The translations under genes were made by a program, and so were the position numbers. 59,965 nt of DNA from Ministeria vibrans ATCC 50519 (taxonomy: Eukaryota; Protista; Filasterea), in NCBI GenBank assembly GCA_943704425.1, contig CALSCP010000031.1, positions 101,869 through 161,833 on the forward strand. Reading direction: 5' to 3'. The notes under the pieces were generated by a model, which did not search any database, had not been told where the DNA came from, and saw nothing but the letters and a program-made list of their open reading frames with translations. Shown here piece after piece: positions 40,432-54,679 of the stretch (the first letter of the stretch is position 1; every line of letters begins with the position of its first letter).

Positions 40432-42330
40432 TCAATTTCCCGCTAAGAGACGACTCTGCGCACGCATAAACGCACTCTGAAGCCGAGCAGGAGGCGGGCT
40501 GTGTTCATCAAACCAGCGCATGTTCCCAGTAAATTCAGCGACAAGCGCCGCACAGAGCAGCAGAAGGGTCGTCTTATGCACACAACCGTCACAGCGCAAA
40601 GCCTCCCATTCCACCTGTGCACCCACCACACCACCACCATTCATCAATATCGTCAGCAACGCATCCACATACACCGCACACGCACCACCACTGCACACGC
40701 ACCTGCGCACCACCCGCACTGCCTCCTCCACCACATGTGCTCCCACACTGCCTGTCTCCACCATCCTTGCCAGAGTCTCCTCCATCACTCGCTCCCCTTC
40801 CTCACTCTTCTCCCGTCCACCCATCCACCCCAATGCAAGCTCACATGCGCATGAAACACTCCCTAAATGAAGCACTCAGTACAGAGAGAGAGAGGAGGNN
40901 NNNCACACATTTATATATATACCAAGAGCAAAGAGCACATCCACCAAAAGCCTCTGCCTTTCCCACGCGCCTTCCTCCATCGCCACACAGCCCCCCACTA
41001 CAGCCACCACAGCAACTCCATCCAACCCCGTCATGGCTCTCCCACGCCCCGTGTGCCCCACCAGCCACCCACACAGCGTCGCCGTCTCCCACAGCACCGC
41101 CTGCGTCACATGTGCCCCGTCTCCTTCTTCCCGCCGCCTCCGCCACCACTCACTCCCACTCGAGATAATCCCCGCCGCATCCCATTGATTCTACAAATCG
41201 TGTCACGAAACGATAACGAAATGGTGATATTTTTGACCTGACCTGTGCAATTTGCTCTTGCTCCATACGACCCATATGATGCCGCTCAACCGCCAGCAGA
41301 AGCGCATCCAATGCCAATTTCTACACGAAAAAGTCCCTTGCGTCAACTCGAAACGAACAGAAAAATAAGAAAGAAAAAAGACACTGACGGGCTGAGAGAG
41401 GCGCAGGGCACGAGAAAGCATCACACAGCACTCGTGATGGATCCGCTCAAATGGTATTTCCCCTCTGTCACTGCTGCTGCTGCTGCTGCCCGTGCTACTG
41501 CTCTCTGCTGTCGCATGTTGGCGATCTACTTGCGATAGAATCCGTGTAACTCGTGTGAGAAGCTGTCCGAGTTCACTGACGCACTGACGCAGCTCATTGT
41601 GCAACGCAAACGCTACGTTGACGAACAAAGAGTGTTATACACTGGGAGATATTTACTGCATCACTAACGGAATACCTGACGCTGCTCGCAATGCCGTCAT
41701 GTAATACTGAGGTCTTCCACGCTCCCATTGGTCTCGAGCAGCTGCACTGAGGGTGTCCGCGTCGCCTTTCATTGGACATTCCGTCAAAAAAAAAATACAA
41801 AAACGCAATGTCTTGAACTTGTCGCGCACCTTTTAGGCTTGTGGGTGACGCCGCAGGGCGTTTGGGACTCGCTTTGCCACGCACAGGGGACGATGTAGGA
41901 GTAGCACCACGACTGGCGACCGTCTTTAGATGCTTGGCACTGGCACAGTGGTTCTACAGAGCGAAATAAGAGAGTGGGGGTGAGCATACGACGCACTTTG
42001 CAGAGTTGTCGCGGACGTTGTAGGTCGCTGCGCTTGCGAATTCCTTGCCGCACGGGATGCACTTGATGCCACCACCACTGCCGCCACGGGGACTTCCGTT
42101 TGGAGAGGGCGCATCTCGCGCAACGTGGGTGACAGCAGCGTCGAGGACGGACGCGGGAGGGACGTGCAGAACGGGAGACTTCACTGCAGAGAGAGGGGAA
42201 AGAGGGGGCGACGAGGAGAGAGTGCGGCGTAAGCAGACGATCGGGGATCATCCTCTTGTGGCTGTCTACCCGAAGGAATGGGTGGTGACCCAAAGCGAGG
42301 CAGCTGCAAAGCCACCTTTTCAAAGTTCAT
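40432..42330 (-). CDS. Uncharacterised multi-exon protein with a U1/matrin-type C2H2 zinc finger
   Basis: ATG 42330 (MNFEKVALQLPRFGSPP); spliced CIPCGKEFASAATYN/NHCASAKHLK. Further helical exons run to 40432, with a small N gap at ~40900. Confidence 0.55.
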
Positions 42331-42358
42331 CAGTCGAAAAAATTAAAGTGAAGCTTAT

Positions 42359-45300
42359 TTATTCGGACAGAGTGAGTTTGAGCGCAATCTCGCTTGCGTC
42401 AATCTGCGCCTGAGACACCCACAGCTGGTAGTCACCAGGGTATAGACGATGCTCAAAGGCTGTCGTGCGACTCGACGTGTACGCCAGCGACCGGTCCGTA
42501 ATAGGAATGTCAAGTGTGACCGAATCACCCTACAAAGGACGCAGTCACGTCAGTCAGCGATATTATGAAAGGTGATTTGGTTTTTTGAAGTCGGACAGGA
42601 TTGATCATGGGGGTCTTGGCAAAGGCAACAAGACGACGGAAGTAGCGCACAACGCCCGTATAAGGGGGGTCGTGGGCGTACACCTGGACCACAGTGGCGC
42701 CCTGGCGCACGGTACCCACATTGGCAACGGTCACACGCACATGTGCGATAGCTGTGGGCGTCTGGGAGGGATGGCGCGGTAGCGGTGTGGTAGTGTTGCT
42801 CACACTAGCTGTTTTGATGTCGAGCGTCGTGTACGACAGTCCCTATAATAAAAATATAATAGTCACTTTTTTGGTACGACAACATTGGGTGTCGTATACG
42901 AATCCAAAAGGAAAAAGTGGCACAGCCGTCGAGAGAAAGTACCCGCGTGTAAACTGTTTTGTGTTGTCGCCCCAGTCAGCAACGATCTGATGCAGAGTGG
43001 GCGATGAAGGACCACCCACCTACAAAGAAAAATACACGCACTGAGAAGAGAGACACACAAACAAGTGCTCCTCATACTTGACCAACGTTTCTTGGCCAAC
43101 TTTGGGAAAGACGGCCTGTGGGCTCTTCGGCGCCTGTGAGGACATCATAAATGGCAGTGGCGCCCGACTCGCCCGGACGATAGGCCACGAGAAGCGCATC
43201 AATGCCCGAGAGCAGCGCATTGTCTGCGCCAAAGGTGACGGCGCGCCCATTCACAAGCACCACAATCAGCTTCTGGGTGGCCCCCTTGTGCTGCACCAGC
43301 GCACGCAGAAGCGTCTCTTGTGTACCTGGCAAATCCAGCGAGTCGCGATCGCCCCCACCCGACTCGTCTACTTTGGGCAAGTGTGAGTTCTCACTGCAAC
43401 TGTCCATAGAGTCGCCCAGCACCGCAATCACCACATCGCTCTGGGCGGCCACTGCCAGCGCCGCATTCACCAGCGACGCATCGTCCGTCATATTGTTAAT
43501 GTTGGCACCGCGCGCAAACGGCACAGTCGTGCCCCGTCGCTCATTGAAGATCATCTCAACCGTCTTGACATGTACACTCTCGCCGATGGGATGAAACGTC
43601 TTGCCAATCAGCGAACATTGTGCCTCACAGCCCCCATTGCCATCGCACCGCGCATTCTTCGGCGAAGGATCGCCCGCACACCCTCCGTTCGGCCCCACGA
43701 GAGCCACACGTGACAAAGACCCCTCACTCAGTGGCAACACCCCTCCACTGTTCTTCAGTAACACAATGCTCTGCTTCGCTGCCTCTCGCGACGTCTCCAG
43801 ATGACTCTTGGCGCGCAACACACTCTTGTACAGCGTCGCATTCACATACGGCCTGTCAAACAAACCAAGTGAGAACTTGTGTCGCAACACACGCGCGGTA
43901 CTGCGGTTCAGCATTGCCTCGTCAACCAGTCCCGACTGAATCGCCTCAATCACATGTCGATACACTGTCGAGCCGCACTAAAAAAAAGAAAAATAAGACA
44001 AGCATTACAATTTGCCATCCTCTCGTATCACTTTACTTTTTCTCCCTCCTCTCTCTTATCACTTTGTTTCTTTCTTCCTCCTCAATCTCTCTCCCGACAT
44101 TGTTTCTTTTCTTCTTCTTCTTCTTCTTCTTCTCTCTCTCTCGTACTTGGTTCTCCACGTCGACACTGGCGTTGAGTGCCAGCGCCGCTGCACTCGCTTC
44201 GCTCCACGCAAACTCAAAGTTTCGCAACAGCTCAATGTCTCCACAGTCTGAAATGGTCCAGGAGAGATCAAAGCCCAACTCCTTGTTCAACACCTATACC
44301 ACAACAAAAATGTTAGACAAATGCTCCAAACCAGACCGTCGACGCAACCGACCTCGGCCATGTAATTGTTGGCGTGCAGAGGCAGTGCATCCCATGCCTC
44401 GTGACTGCGCATGGCCGCACGCAGACCCGCACGCGCCACAAGCTCACGCCACGGTCGCACGTAGACATCCCGCATGGTATACTCAGACAGGGCGGCCACA
44501 CCGGCGTTGATTCCGCCCTGTGCTGCTCCATACGCAACATAGTGTTTGCCTACTGCTCCAACCTACACAAAACCCCCATAAGACCGCGTTTTCTTCTCTT
44601 CCCCCCCTTTTTTTTTGTCGTTACTTTGTCCTGTGCCGAGTAGCACTGAGGACCACAGGGCGCTCCGTCTGTGCCACCCTGGATGCCAAGGGTCATAGCC
44701 ACACCCATCTCTCCGGTCAGATAGGGCTCTTCGCTAAACGCCTCCTGACCGCGTCCGTTGCGCGGATCCGTGTACAGATTCACCTCGGGCGAGTACGCTG
44801 CGTCAAGACCAAGCGCCCGACACTCGCGAGCGACCACTGAGCCGATATCGTGCATCAGCGACACATTCCACGTCGCTCCAAGGCCAATGGATAGCGGGAA
44901 CAGCGTTGCGCCGGGTCCTGCGCTGTTCAGCGTTTCCTAACGACACCCGGCGGCGCGCTCAGAGAAGGATGCACGGTAGATACACATGTGCTTACCTGGT
45001 GCCATGCAGCGGGGATGCCCAGACGTGAGTTTTCAAAGAAGTGGCGTTGTTCGTCGTTTCGCGCCGCAATCAAACTTTCCGGCGTGTTCTCGTCGAATCC
45101 CGACACCTTCTGAGCGCCAATCGACGTCTTCTCGTACATACTGTACTCTTCTTTCGTTGGCTTGTTGTGAATCGAGAAGACTTGCGCCTACACAGTGCGT
45201 GAGAACTGCTTTGTGTTTACTTTTCGCACCTGTCGTTCTTCAAGCGTCATCTGAGCCAGAAGAGCCTGAACGCGGGCCTCGACAGGTTGCGAGGGATCTT

Positions 45301-45361
45301 TATAGTTTATCTCTGCCAAACAGGCGGCGACCAGCGCCAGGAGGAGACATATCTTCAACAT
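42359..45361 (-). CDS. Secreted glycoside hydrolase family 3 (beta-glucosidase/xylosidase) with C-terminal Fn3-like domain
   Basis: Signal peptide; YKDPSQPVEARV..LLAQMTLEE; SRLGIP; DPRNGRGQEAFSEEP; KH; ISDC (nucleophile Asp); SIVLLKN; GGDRDSLDLPGTQ; PTGRL; PFG.GLSYT. Confidence 0.93.
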
Positions 45362-45539
45362 ACGAAAGAGATTACTCAATCGAAACTCAAAAGTTTATCA
45401 ACCGATCAATTTTCAAATCATTTTTATATTTATGATCAAACATTTTTGCTTAATCAACACGTGACAGAAGTAAAGATTTTTCGTTGCTTGATGATTTTGG
45501 TTTTTGATGTGTTTGATGTGTTTATTATTCTTCTTTTTT

Positions 45540-48500
45540 TTACATAACAAGCGAGTCTTGCAAATCTTGCGGAAGGCTTTTGATGATGGTGTCAATGTGA
45601 GTTTCGAGCTGTTGCTTCATTTCGCCCGACAAAAGTGATCGCGAACTCTCACTCGTCTAAAATAATTAATATGAAAGGTCAAAAGAAAAAGAAAAAAGAA
45701 GAAAAAGTCGTACGAGTTCCTCTCGAATGCGCACTAGCAAATCGACCACTTCAACTTCGTGTTTGCCATCGAGAAAAGGCTGAAGATCAGCGAGACAGAG
45801 CTTTTCAAGGTAGATGCGACGAAGACGGCGATTAGCACTCTGCTGCTTGGCACGCAGCCATCCTTCAAAGTTGCCTGTACAGTGTGTGGTAATTGAGTGT
45901 GAGTGTGTGTCTATGTGTGCGCATATTTGTATGTGTGTGTATATGTGTGTGTACCACTTTGAAGAAACTTTCTGTAAAGCGCAAGCAGATCGCCCTTGAG
46001 TGCCACTGCTGAGGGTCCCGATTGTTTGCGAATCGTCTCCAGAAACGCCTACAGTCCAAAAAAAAAAAAAAAAAAAGGCAAAATGTCAGGTCAAGTTCAC
46101 CATCTCTCTCTCGCTCTCTCTATCACTTTGTTTCTTTCTCCCTCCTCTCTCTCTCTCTCTTTGTTTGTTTCTTCCCCCCCTCCTCTCTCTCTCTCGTTGT
46201 GGTGCTGTAGTTTCTTGTCTTCATACCGTTTCATCAAACTTTTTAGCTTTCGGTGGAGATTTGAAAGGGGAAATGAGATTTTTGTTGAAGGGCATAAGAG
46301 AGGCAAAATAACGTTCAAGCGGAGCCATAAACGTGTCTACAACACACAGAAGAGAGAAATTACGACCGTCAGATTGATCGTGCTTTTTTATATGAGAACC
46401 CAACCTGTCTGCTCGACGAAAAATCTGCGAATGGCTTTGTTGTTCTGATCAATATTGTCGTCTGCATCGTCTTTGAAGTTGAGTCGTTTGAGAAGAGCTT
46501 TGAAAGGGGAAGGATCGAGAAGAGGACGAGTGCTCTTGGCCTCAAGACCCTGTTTCCACTTGGGGCCGCGGGAGCGACCGGGTGCAGGAGCCTAAGAGAA
46601 AATAAAAGCGGATTAGGGGGAAAGGGCCATTATCAGTAGTGGTTGGTTTTAGTGTGAGAGTGTGGTGGTGCTTGTTCTTTTGCTATTGTTTTAGTCCAAT
46701 ATGACTAAAGGCGTTTATGTGTGTGTGTGTGTGTGTTGTGATTGAGATTAGTCCAATTTTAGTGAAGGGAGAAGTTCAATCTATTTCTCTGCTTGTATGT
46801 CAGTCTTACTGCGTCACCCTGTCGGTCTGGGGCATTTTCGACGCCCACACGCACAATGACGGGCCAGTGCTGAAGAGCCTTTGAAAAGTAAGGGTTGGTG
46901 ACACCAAGAATGGCCGAGGGGGGAGCCAGACGCGTCTTGGACGTGTACTCGGGGAACTGGGCGTCGTGGATGGTAAAAAAGGGCCGGAAGTCGCCACAGT
47001 ACTTGACTGGCGAGATTAGACTAACGGAAGGGGGATAGACATGGTTGTTATAAAGAGCGAATGGACAACACACAAGCAAGAACAATGAAAAATCACGCGC
47101 ACAACAATTGGCCAAATGCAATGTTATATACCTGACAAGAGACAGGACGCTCTCAGCCACCAAATCTACGTAAGGAGACCAGAGGAGCAGCGGCTGACCA
47201 GTCAAGACAAACTCCCACAGAAAAGGCAAGTCGGAAAGGAACCCTTGGAAGCACTCGTACACTTTGACTTCGTTGAGAGACGCCGTAATGCGATTCTGTG
47301 ATGGCATCATTGGCTGTAGCGGTGCTTCTTGCCACACCTAACAGAAAGTGAGACAGACAGACAGAGTCAGAGACAAAGACACGGTGAGTCAAAGGTAAGA
47401 AAGAAAAAAAGACGCGTAAGAGAGAGTGAGTGAGTAACAGCGTATAAAAGGAACAACAGATGATGAGAAAAAGAGAGAGAACCACAAGAGGACAGACAAA
47501 CACACCAAATATGCCACAGTCAGTGTCAATCAAAGAAAAAAACGACAAAATCCCATCTCAACAATGTGCATTACTTCGTCTTTCTCGGATGTGTTTGGAA
47601 TGCGCACGACGAGCACATGACCAAGAATAGGCAATTCAAGGGTGGTCCCCAGCGTAGGCGCAGGCCACTGGCTGATATTCTAATCATTCAAAATCGTTGC
47701 ATTGAATACGAGAAATTGGATGAGAAAGACAATGTTCTTACTTGACAAGTCGCTTCGAGCATGGGTCGACCATTTTCAAAGAATTCGGGTGCCAATAAGC
47801 GCACCAATTTGCCGTAGACACCAATGAAGGGTTGCACGGAGAGCAGCACAAGACTCTTTTGGAAGTATCCTCTGCGCAGCGCACTGTCCTTCATCTGGCG
47901 AAACTGCACAAACCCATACAGAAAGGGTTGTTCGCCCACATTCAGTCCAACCGCCTCCACTTCGCTTCGGTCTTTTCCGCCATGTGCCAGTCGCCCCGCA
48001 ATACCGGCCGGAATCCCTAAGTTGTGATGGGTGTTTTGTTTAAGCCTTTCGATTCGATTTTGGCGTACCTCTCATTCGGAAGCAGAATGCCGTGTCCCCT
48101 TCGTTGCCAGAGTTGGAGTCGGGAAAGGACAGATAGCAAATGCTGCTCTTTTCTTCGGGCGTCAGTGTGGTCGGAGGGTAAATGTACTCGAGAGACTGTA
48201 AAATCAGAAGGAAAGAGAGAGAGAGTGTGTGTGTGTATGTGTGTGAGAGAGAAAGAGACAGAGAGGGTGTGTATGTATGTGTGTTCGTTAACACACATGT
48301 ACATGCACAACGAAAACGCGTACCTGTCCCAACTCAACGTCAAATGTCACCACACACATACAGACGAGCCAGCGTCCTATATGCACAGTCGTATGCAGTT
48401 AGAGTATTGCAATTCTCCCTTGTTTTGCGATATATACCAAACGCTTCGAGATCCAGCATCTCGGCTGCTTCGCCATCCTCCTCAACAAGACCCGCATCTG

Positions 48501-48989
48501 CTTCGGGTCGCTTCTTGTCAGGTCGATCGCTGTTTGAGAGAGGATCGACAAGTTGAGAGATATAATATAATAAATCGAGTCGAACGCGACGCGATAAGGG
48601 TCCTCCGACGCCACAGGCCAGCCCATATGGGTGCCAGACCCTACACGGTGCCAGCACACCCATGTGCGAGTCCCAAGGCTGCTTGGTGCGTCCAGTGCGG
48701 TCCTATTTTGCACTTGGCCGCAGTGCGTCGACACACAAAATATGACCCCATTCGACTCCACTCCTTCTTCGCTCTTCGTCGACTTCCTCCGTGTCTTTCA
48801 GTTCCATCAGTCAACCCAGAACAACGCATGCGACCGCGATACAGCACGCACACAATCCGATTCAGTTGTGTTGACGTTTCAAAAAAAAAAAAAAACTCAC
48901 CTTGCCCCTTGAAGGGTAGTCAGGTCGCTTTTCATGCGCGTCGCCGGTGATCGAGGTTCCGGCGGTAGTTCCGCCTCTTCTTCCATCAT
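45540..48989 (-). CDS. DENND6: DENN domain protein DENND6 (FAM116), multi-exon
   Basis: [23 protein letters not shown]...[19 protein letters not shown]; [25 protein letters not shown]; [10 protein letters not shown]; [10 protein letters not shown]; ILGVTNPYF; C-terminal [10 protein letters not shown]. Confidence 0.93.
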
Positions 48990-49115
48990 GGTGGGAGTAT
49001 AAATATAATTTGATTGAATTTGATTAACGAATAACGATTGAATTTGATTGATCTATAATAATTATTATTATTATTATTCAAGTTCGGGCATTGATCATTA
49101 TTATATTTTTGACAC

Positions 49116-52100
49116 ATGAGTCCGTCTCCTGTGGTTCTCCATATCCTGCTTGCACTATCGTCTACAGTGCTCGTATCCACTGCAGGTTTGAGAGGCGCGC
49201 GCGGGGGGCACGAGCAATAACGCTGACTCCATTGCGTGTGTGTAGTGTGGTCTCTTGTCGTTCCGTTACTGCTCCCTCAGGACACGAGCGGCCGTGTAGG
49301 CGACGCGGACACCCGCACCGAGGTTGAAAACCAAGCTGAGAATGAGCGAGAGGCTGAGCGGGTGCGCGTGGGGCTCGTCAAGCGGCGTCTGGCGCGTTTG
49401 AATCTCGGCGAACTTGTGCACACAGACAATCATCGCGTTCGCTGCACGCTCCTTCGCATTCTACTCCTTCGCGCCGCCCAGCCGGGCCACTTTGCCAATA
49501 TCCTTGCGCAGTGTCGCTCGTACGACGCCGGCGAACGGCGCAAAGCAATCACTGCTCTCTCACTGCTGACCAAACGTCGCGAAAACTGGACTCGTCTTGT
49601 CAACGACGGAGCGCTCTCTATTTTCATCGAAGCTATTGCAGGAGGTAAGTCGTTGATGTGTGGCAATCTGCTCGAATCCTCTTTATTATTAATTGTAATA
49701 ATTATTACAATCATGTTTTTGTTTTTCTTCTTTCAGATGACTCTCACCTTCACATGATTGCCACTATGGCGCTTCTTGAGTTTGCCTCCGCCTCTCCCCA
49801 AATTCGCGCCATGCTTGTTCGAGACCTTGATCTTCTGCCACTCTTGTGTGTTCGCATTCGTCACACTCGAAATCGTGACCTTGTCTTTTGGTCGCTCATG
49901 ATTGTAAGGAAAAGGAATCCCCAAGTATTATTAATCATTATTGCTTTTTTGTTATTTTTTTTTCGGCAGTTTCTTCAGTTGTGCGAAGATGCAGACATGT
50001 TTCCCTTGCTTGCGGATGATAATGAGTTTGTTGAAGCCATGGCATATGCGACCAAGTGCACACAGACAAGCACTCCGTCGCAACGCGTGTGTCTTCACAT
50101 CATTGTCATGCTGTGTGGGCACGAGAATCGCGATAACGACGAGCATGACACACGGCACACCGCTGCGAACGATGATGGGATCGATGATCATGACGATGGT
50201 AATAATGACGATGACGATGAGATTGCACAGCCGTTGGTCCGTACACCCACTGCAGGCAGTGGTGTGTCGCGAGGAGGCACACCATTGTCGCAGCGACGAT
50301 TGTCGCGCACCATCTCAAGGCTGAGCCGTCGCACAAGCCTCAACAACAACTGTCACAGCCAGACCAACAACAATCCTTATGATCACCGTCCCTTTGACGT
50401 TGTGCGGCTGCTCTATGCGCGCGACGTGCTTCCGGGTGTGGTGAGTCAGTTGCGCAGTGAGGATGCCGAATGCTCGTACTGGGCACTGGCAGTCATTCAC
50501 GAGTTTGTGTTGCGTGGCATTGCGCGTGAGGATCTCCGATGTGTGCCGGGCTTTGTGTTGTCGCTGTCGCGTGTCGTGAGCAACGGTGATGCCAATGTGC
50601 AAAAGATTGCTATGCGAGTCATTGGGTTTTTAGCGCTGCGCAACGATGCCTTTAAACACGAACTGTTAGCGTCGCAAACACTCTTGCCCAAACTTGTCGT
50701 GTGTGTTGCGTCCGGTGACCACGATGTTGCTCACTGGGCTATGGTGCTCATTCACGACATTGCCATGCTTGGCGAACCCGCTGCGGCGTGTCTTGTGGCC
50801 GTGCCCGATCTTGTATCCATGTTGGTTGCCCTTGGCTGTGGTCGTTTGCCGGTGTCGCGACGTCACGACGAGAGCACCAATGATCCTTTGAATGAGACCG
50901 TCTCTCACGAGGTGGAGCTTCTCTTGCGTCTTTGTGCCGAGACCTTTGGGTTTCTGGGTGGTGTCGAGGCAACACACCGTGATCTGGTGGCGGCCGGTGT
51001 GCTCACGGCGTCGGTGGCGTTTCTCTATCGCAACGACCCTGAGCTGCACTTTTGGGGCACGGCACTTTTGTTGAATCTGGGCGGATCGTCGCACGAGGCC
51101 AAGGCGATGTTATCGGGCACGCCCGAGCTCATTGTGATTCTCACCGAGTTGCTCGTGTCGTCATCGCGTGAACACGTCTCGAGCATGGCCGCCAAGGTCC
51201 TTGTGATGCTTGCCTTTGACAGTGCTCAGGTGCGTGCGGTGGTTGAGCGAGACATTGTCAAGCCACTGTGTTCGTATGTGGCAAGTGTGCCAGGCCATGC
51301 GGCGGTGAACCGCGTTGACGAGATGTGCTTGCTCTCGGTGTTGTCGCGTGTGCCCTCCTTCAAACGATGCATTGTCGACTTTGTGGGTATGGTGCCGTGC
51401 CTGTGTGGCATGATCACGCGTCTCACAGAGCACCTCGAACACGACGAGACCGGCTACGATCATGCTCACGGCGAGTTGGCTCTGGTCATTTTGAGCGAAC
51501 TATCCCTGGACACGCATGTGCTTCGCCACGAGCTGCTCGCCTCGTCCGTTCCCCTTCGTCTTGTCTCCTTTCTGCGTCGCGTGCTGCAACTCGCTAATGC
51601 GCAGCGCCGTGCTCACTCCAACTTGCAATTGGAGTACTCGTCCGCCACCACTACTACAAGTTGCCCTGTTGGCCGAACGAGCGTACTGAGTTGCAGCAGT
51701 ACCGGTAGTGACACGCCCATGGCGTTGTCATCGTCATCGCGACTCTCGGTGGATCCCAATGTGTCGTTGTCGTTGGGACGCGCCGTGTTGGAATCGAGTC
51801 CCCGGACGACACCCGTCATTGCAAGGACGTTGCGTGGTGTGTGCGTGAGCATTGAGGGCGCCAGCATGCTACATGTGAATGGACATGCGGATCCGTGTGC
51901 CGCCAATGACGAAGTGCGCCGCGGTCTGTTCGACAACGATGAGGATGAAGAGGACGAAATGATGCGACGAGTGGCGCTGTGTGGTGAAGAAGAAGAAGAA
52001 GATGATGATGATGGTGGTGGGCGTTTTTTTCATGTAGACGGACTTTTGCGTGCGGAGACAGTGCCGACTGTGGACGAGTCGACGACGACGACGACAACGG

Positions 52101-53365
52101 CGCTCACGAAGGGAAATGCAGTGGATCCGGTGCTGATGGCCTTGATGATTGTGGGTCGATGTTGTTGTGAGTGTGGTGCTGGAGAGTATGAGGAGAACGA
52201 CGAGGCAAGCGATGATGTTGGGCCGAGTGGGGAACGCCGACTGCGACGATTAAAGGACACAGGACTGGTGGCACTGTTGCATGGGTGGCTGTTGAGTCGT
52301 GAGTTGCGGCTGTCGGCGGGGGTCCAGCTTGAGTCGTGGGGTGCGCTTGATCTTGATTCATGTGGCATTCTTCTGTGTGCTTCGACGTCACTTGAGCGAC
52401 TTACATATTGTGTCGGCGGCGGTGAACGAGTGGCTACTACTATATGTGAGTGGAGTCGCAGCGACACGACGGGACGCTTGTTCTATTCGGGCGATCGACG
52501 AACTGTGCGCAACGATGCGTGGACGTTTGAGAGTGTTCGAGCGAATGCGAGCGTGGCTGGCGCTGGACAGTACTACTATGAGTGCGAGATGCACACGACG
52601 GGCATTGTGCAGGTGGGCTGGGCGTCTGCCGAGTGTGAGTTTGATGGACTGGGCGGTCGTGGCGTGGGCGACGACGAGCACTCGTATGCCTTTGATGGGT
52701 GTCGATGTCGCGTGTGGCATGGCCTGGAGGGTTTGGCGGGCGGACGACGCTATGGACATGTGTGGTCTGCCGGCGACGTGATTGGATCACTACTGGACAT
52801 GGACGCAGCGGAGATTTCGTATTTCTTCAATGGAGAGCTCATGGGGGTTGCCTTTGTGGATGTGGACGTGAATCGCGCGTGGTTTCCTGCAGTGTCGTTG
52901 GCAACCGCACAGCAGTGCAGTGCGACGTTTGTGGCGCCTTTTGTGTATGGCCCGTGGGGTATGCGAGATCATGTTGGCGTTGGCGCTCGCCTTGGGGGGA
53001 GGCAGGAAGCGAAGGTGGAGACCCTGGAAACTGTTGAGCTGGCACAGCTGGGGGAGCAGTCGATGGTGTACGCGGAGACGGATATGGGGGGGGGCAAGGG
53101 GCAAGGTGTGTGGCTTGGAGTCGGTCTGTTGGAGCAAGGGGAGAAGGAGAAGAAGAAGAGCATGATGCAGGTGATGTCGGATGGGAGTGTGGTGTGGGAT
53201 GAACGCGTTGTGGCACAGGTGTGCTTCCCTGCTGGTGTGGTGGGCTGTGGTGTGGCTCTGTTGCAGTCACGTGTGTTTGTCACATGTGACGGTCATTTGG
53301 TGTGGAGTGACACTGTTGATGAGACGAGTGTGTCGCAGTGGGTGTTGTTCCATTCGCAATCGTAA
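49116..53365 (+). CDS. ARM-repeat plus SPRY(B30.2) protein, RSPRY1-like; 3' end probably missing
   Basis: Hydrophobic N-terminus and ARM-like repeats. The SPRY domain VRNDAWTFESVRAN...YYYECEMHTTGIVQVGWA...GVGDDEHSYAFDGCR..VWH...W.AGDVIG..LD resembles RSPRY1. No RING domain is seen. Confidence 0.75.
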
Positions 53366-53366
53366 G

Positions 53367-53399
<33 letters not shown>

Positions 53400-53402
53400 T
53401 AC

Positions 53403-54609
53403 CGCAGCAACTCAGTGAGGTGCTCAAGGGGCACTCTGGGCGAGTAGAATGGATTGGCGCGCTGTGATTTGGCCCAGTGAAGCGAGGTGTCTTCACTGTC
53501 GCGGTTCTTCACGATGTACAGGAGCATGTCACGTTCGCGCGAGCTCAAGCGGTAGGCGGCGGTCAGGGTCTCGGCGGCATCAAGGGAAGGGAGAAGAGCT
53601 GCGAGACGTGTGAGGGGGTTCGACGTGGCAACCATGCGCGCCGCCAGGTGATCCAGATGGGCTGCATCTTGCGCTGCCGAGGTCAAGTGGATATGCTGCA
53701 GTACTCCCATGTCGCGCATCAGTGCAATTTCGTGCCAAGCGGATGGGTGTGCCATGATACGTCCCATTTCTGACCAGATGCGTTCGCCACTGATGCGTTC
53801 CAGACCCCCAACTGTTTCACGAATGGCCACCGTGGCTTCCGCGTCGTGATCGGGTGTACCGTTTATGCGCCCGTGGAAGCGAAAGTAACGCAGGATGCGC
53901 AGGTAGTCCTCTTCGATGCGCGTCTTGGCAGTCCCAACGAAGCGAACATAATGGTTCTCCAAGTCTTCTCGACCCCCAAAGTAATCATACAGGTTCCCAT
54001 CAAAGTCCACCGACATGGCATTCACTGTCAAATCACGACGTTCCGCGTCCTCGCGCCACGACGAAGTGTACTTCACCTAAAGGGCCATGACGAAATAGGG
54101 AGTCAATGCACTGCACAATATTGCCATTATGCAATCCAGTGGACATTTCCCGTCATTACCTCGGCAAAGCGTCCGTCGGTCGCCGTGTCGACGCGTAGAG
54201 TAGTGACTTCAAAGGATTCCTTGGTGGTGGCATTGTGGAGCGTGAGCGTGCCGTGCTGTAAGCCGGTGGGGATGACGTGAAGAACGCCGAGCCGCCGCGC
54301 GAGTCCAACAGTCTCTTCTGGCGTGGCGTCCGTCGCCAAGTCGATGTCTTTGGGCGCGTTGCCAAGGAGTAGGTCGCGCACGGCACCCCCGACCAGCCGC
54401 ACCGTGTAGCCTCTTTGCTGGTACATCGTCAGCAGCTGTTGAAGCGACGGAGTGCGAATCACTTGCAGTTGATCACGCTGTCCGTCGGTTAGCCGCGAGA
54501 CGGAGGCCGTCTCGGCAGCAGCAGCATTGCTCATTGAACGTGACGACAGAGCGGTTAATAGTGGACGACAGGCGCGACGGTGACCTGCAGCGAGCAGACC
54601 AGCGATCAT
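53403..54609 (-). CDS. TRNT1: CCA tRNA nucleotidyltransferase (3' exon missing in this assembly)
   Basis: RLVGGAVRDLL..PKDIDLAT, GLQHGT, FEVTTLR.D..TDGR, DAERRDLTVNA, RIEEDYLRILRYFRF and ISGERIW.E. Confidence 0.95.
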
Positions 54610-54679
54610 AAAAAAGAATGACTGATCTGATTATTTATTAATTATATATATTATATTTGTTTCCTCTCCTCTTTCAGGC

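Noticed and set aside
48024-48950. 308-aa plus-strand ORF
   Set aside because: It is antisense to DENND6 exons and introns, includes (GT)n repeats and has no recognisable motifs.
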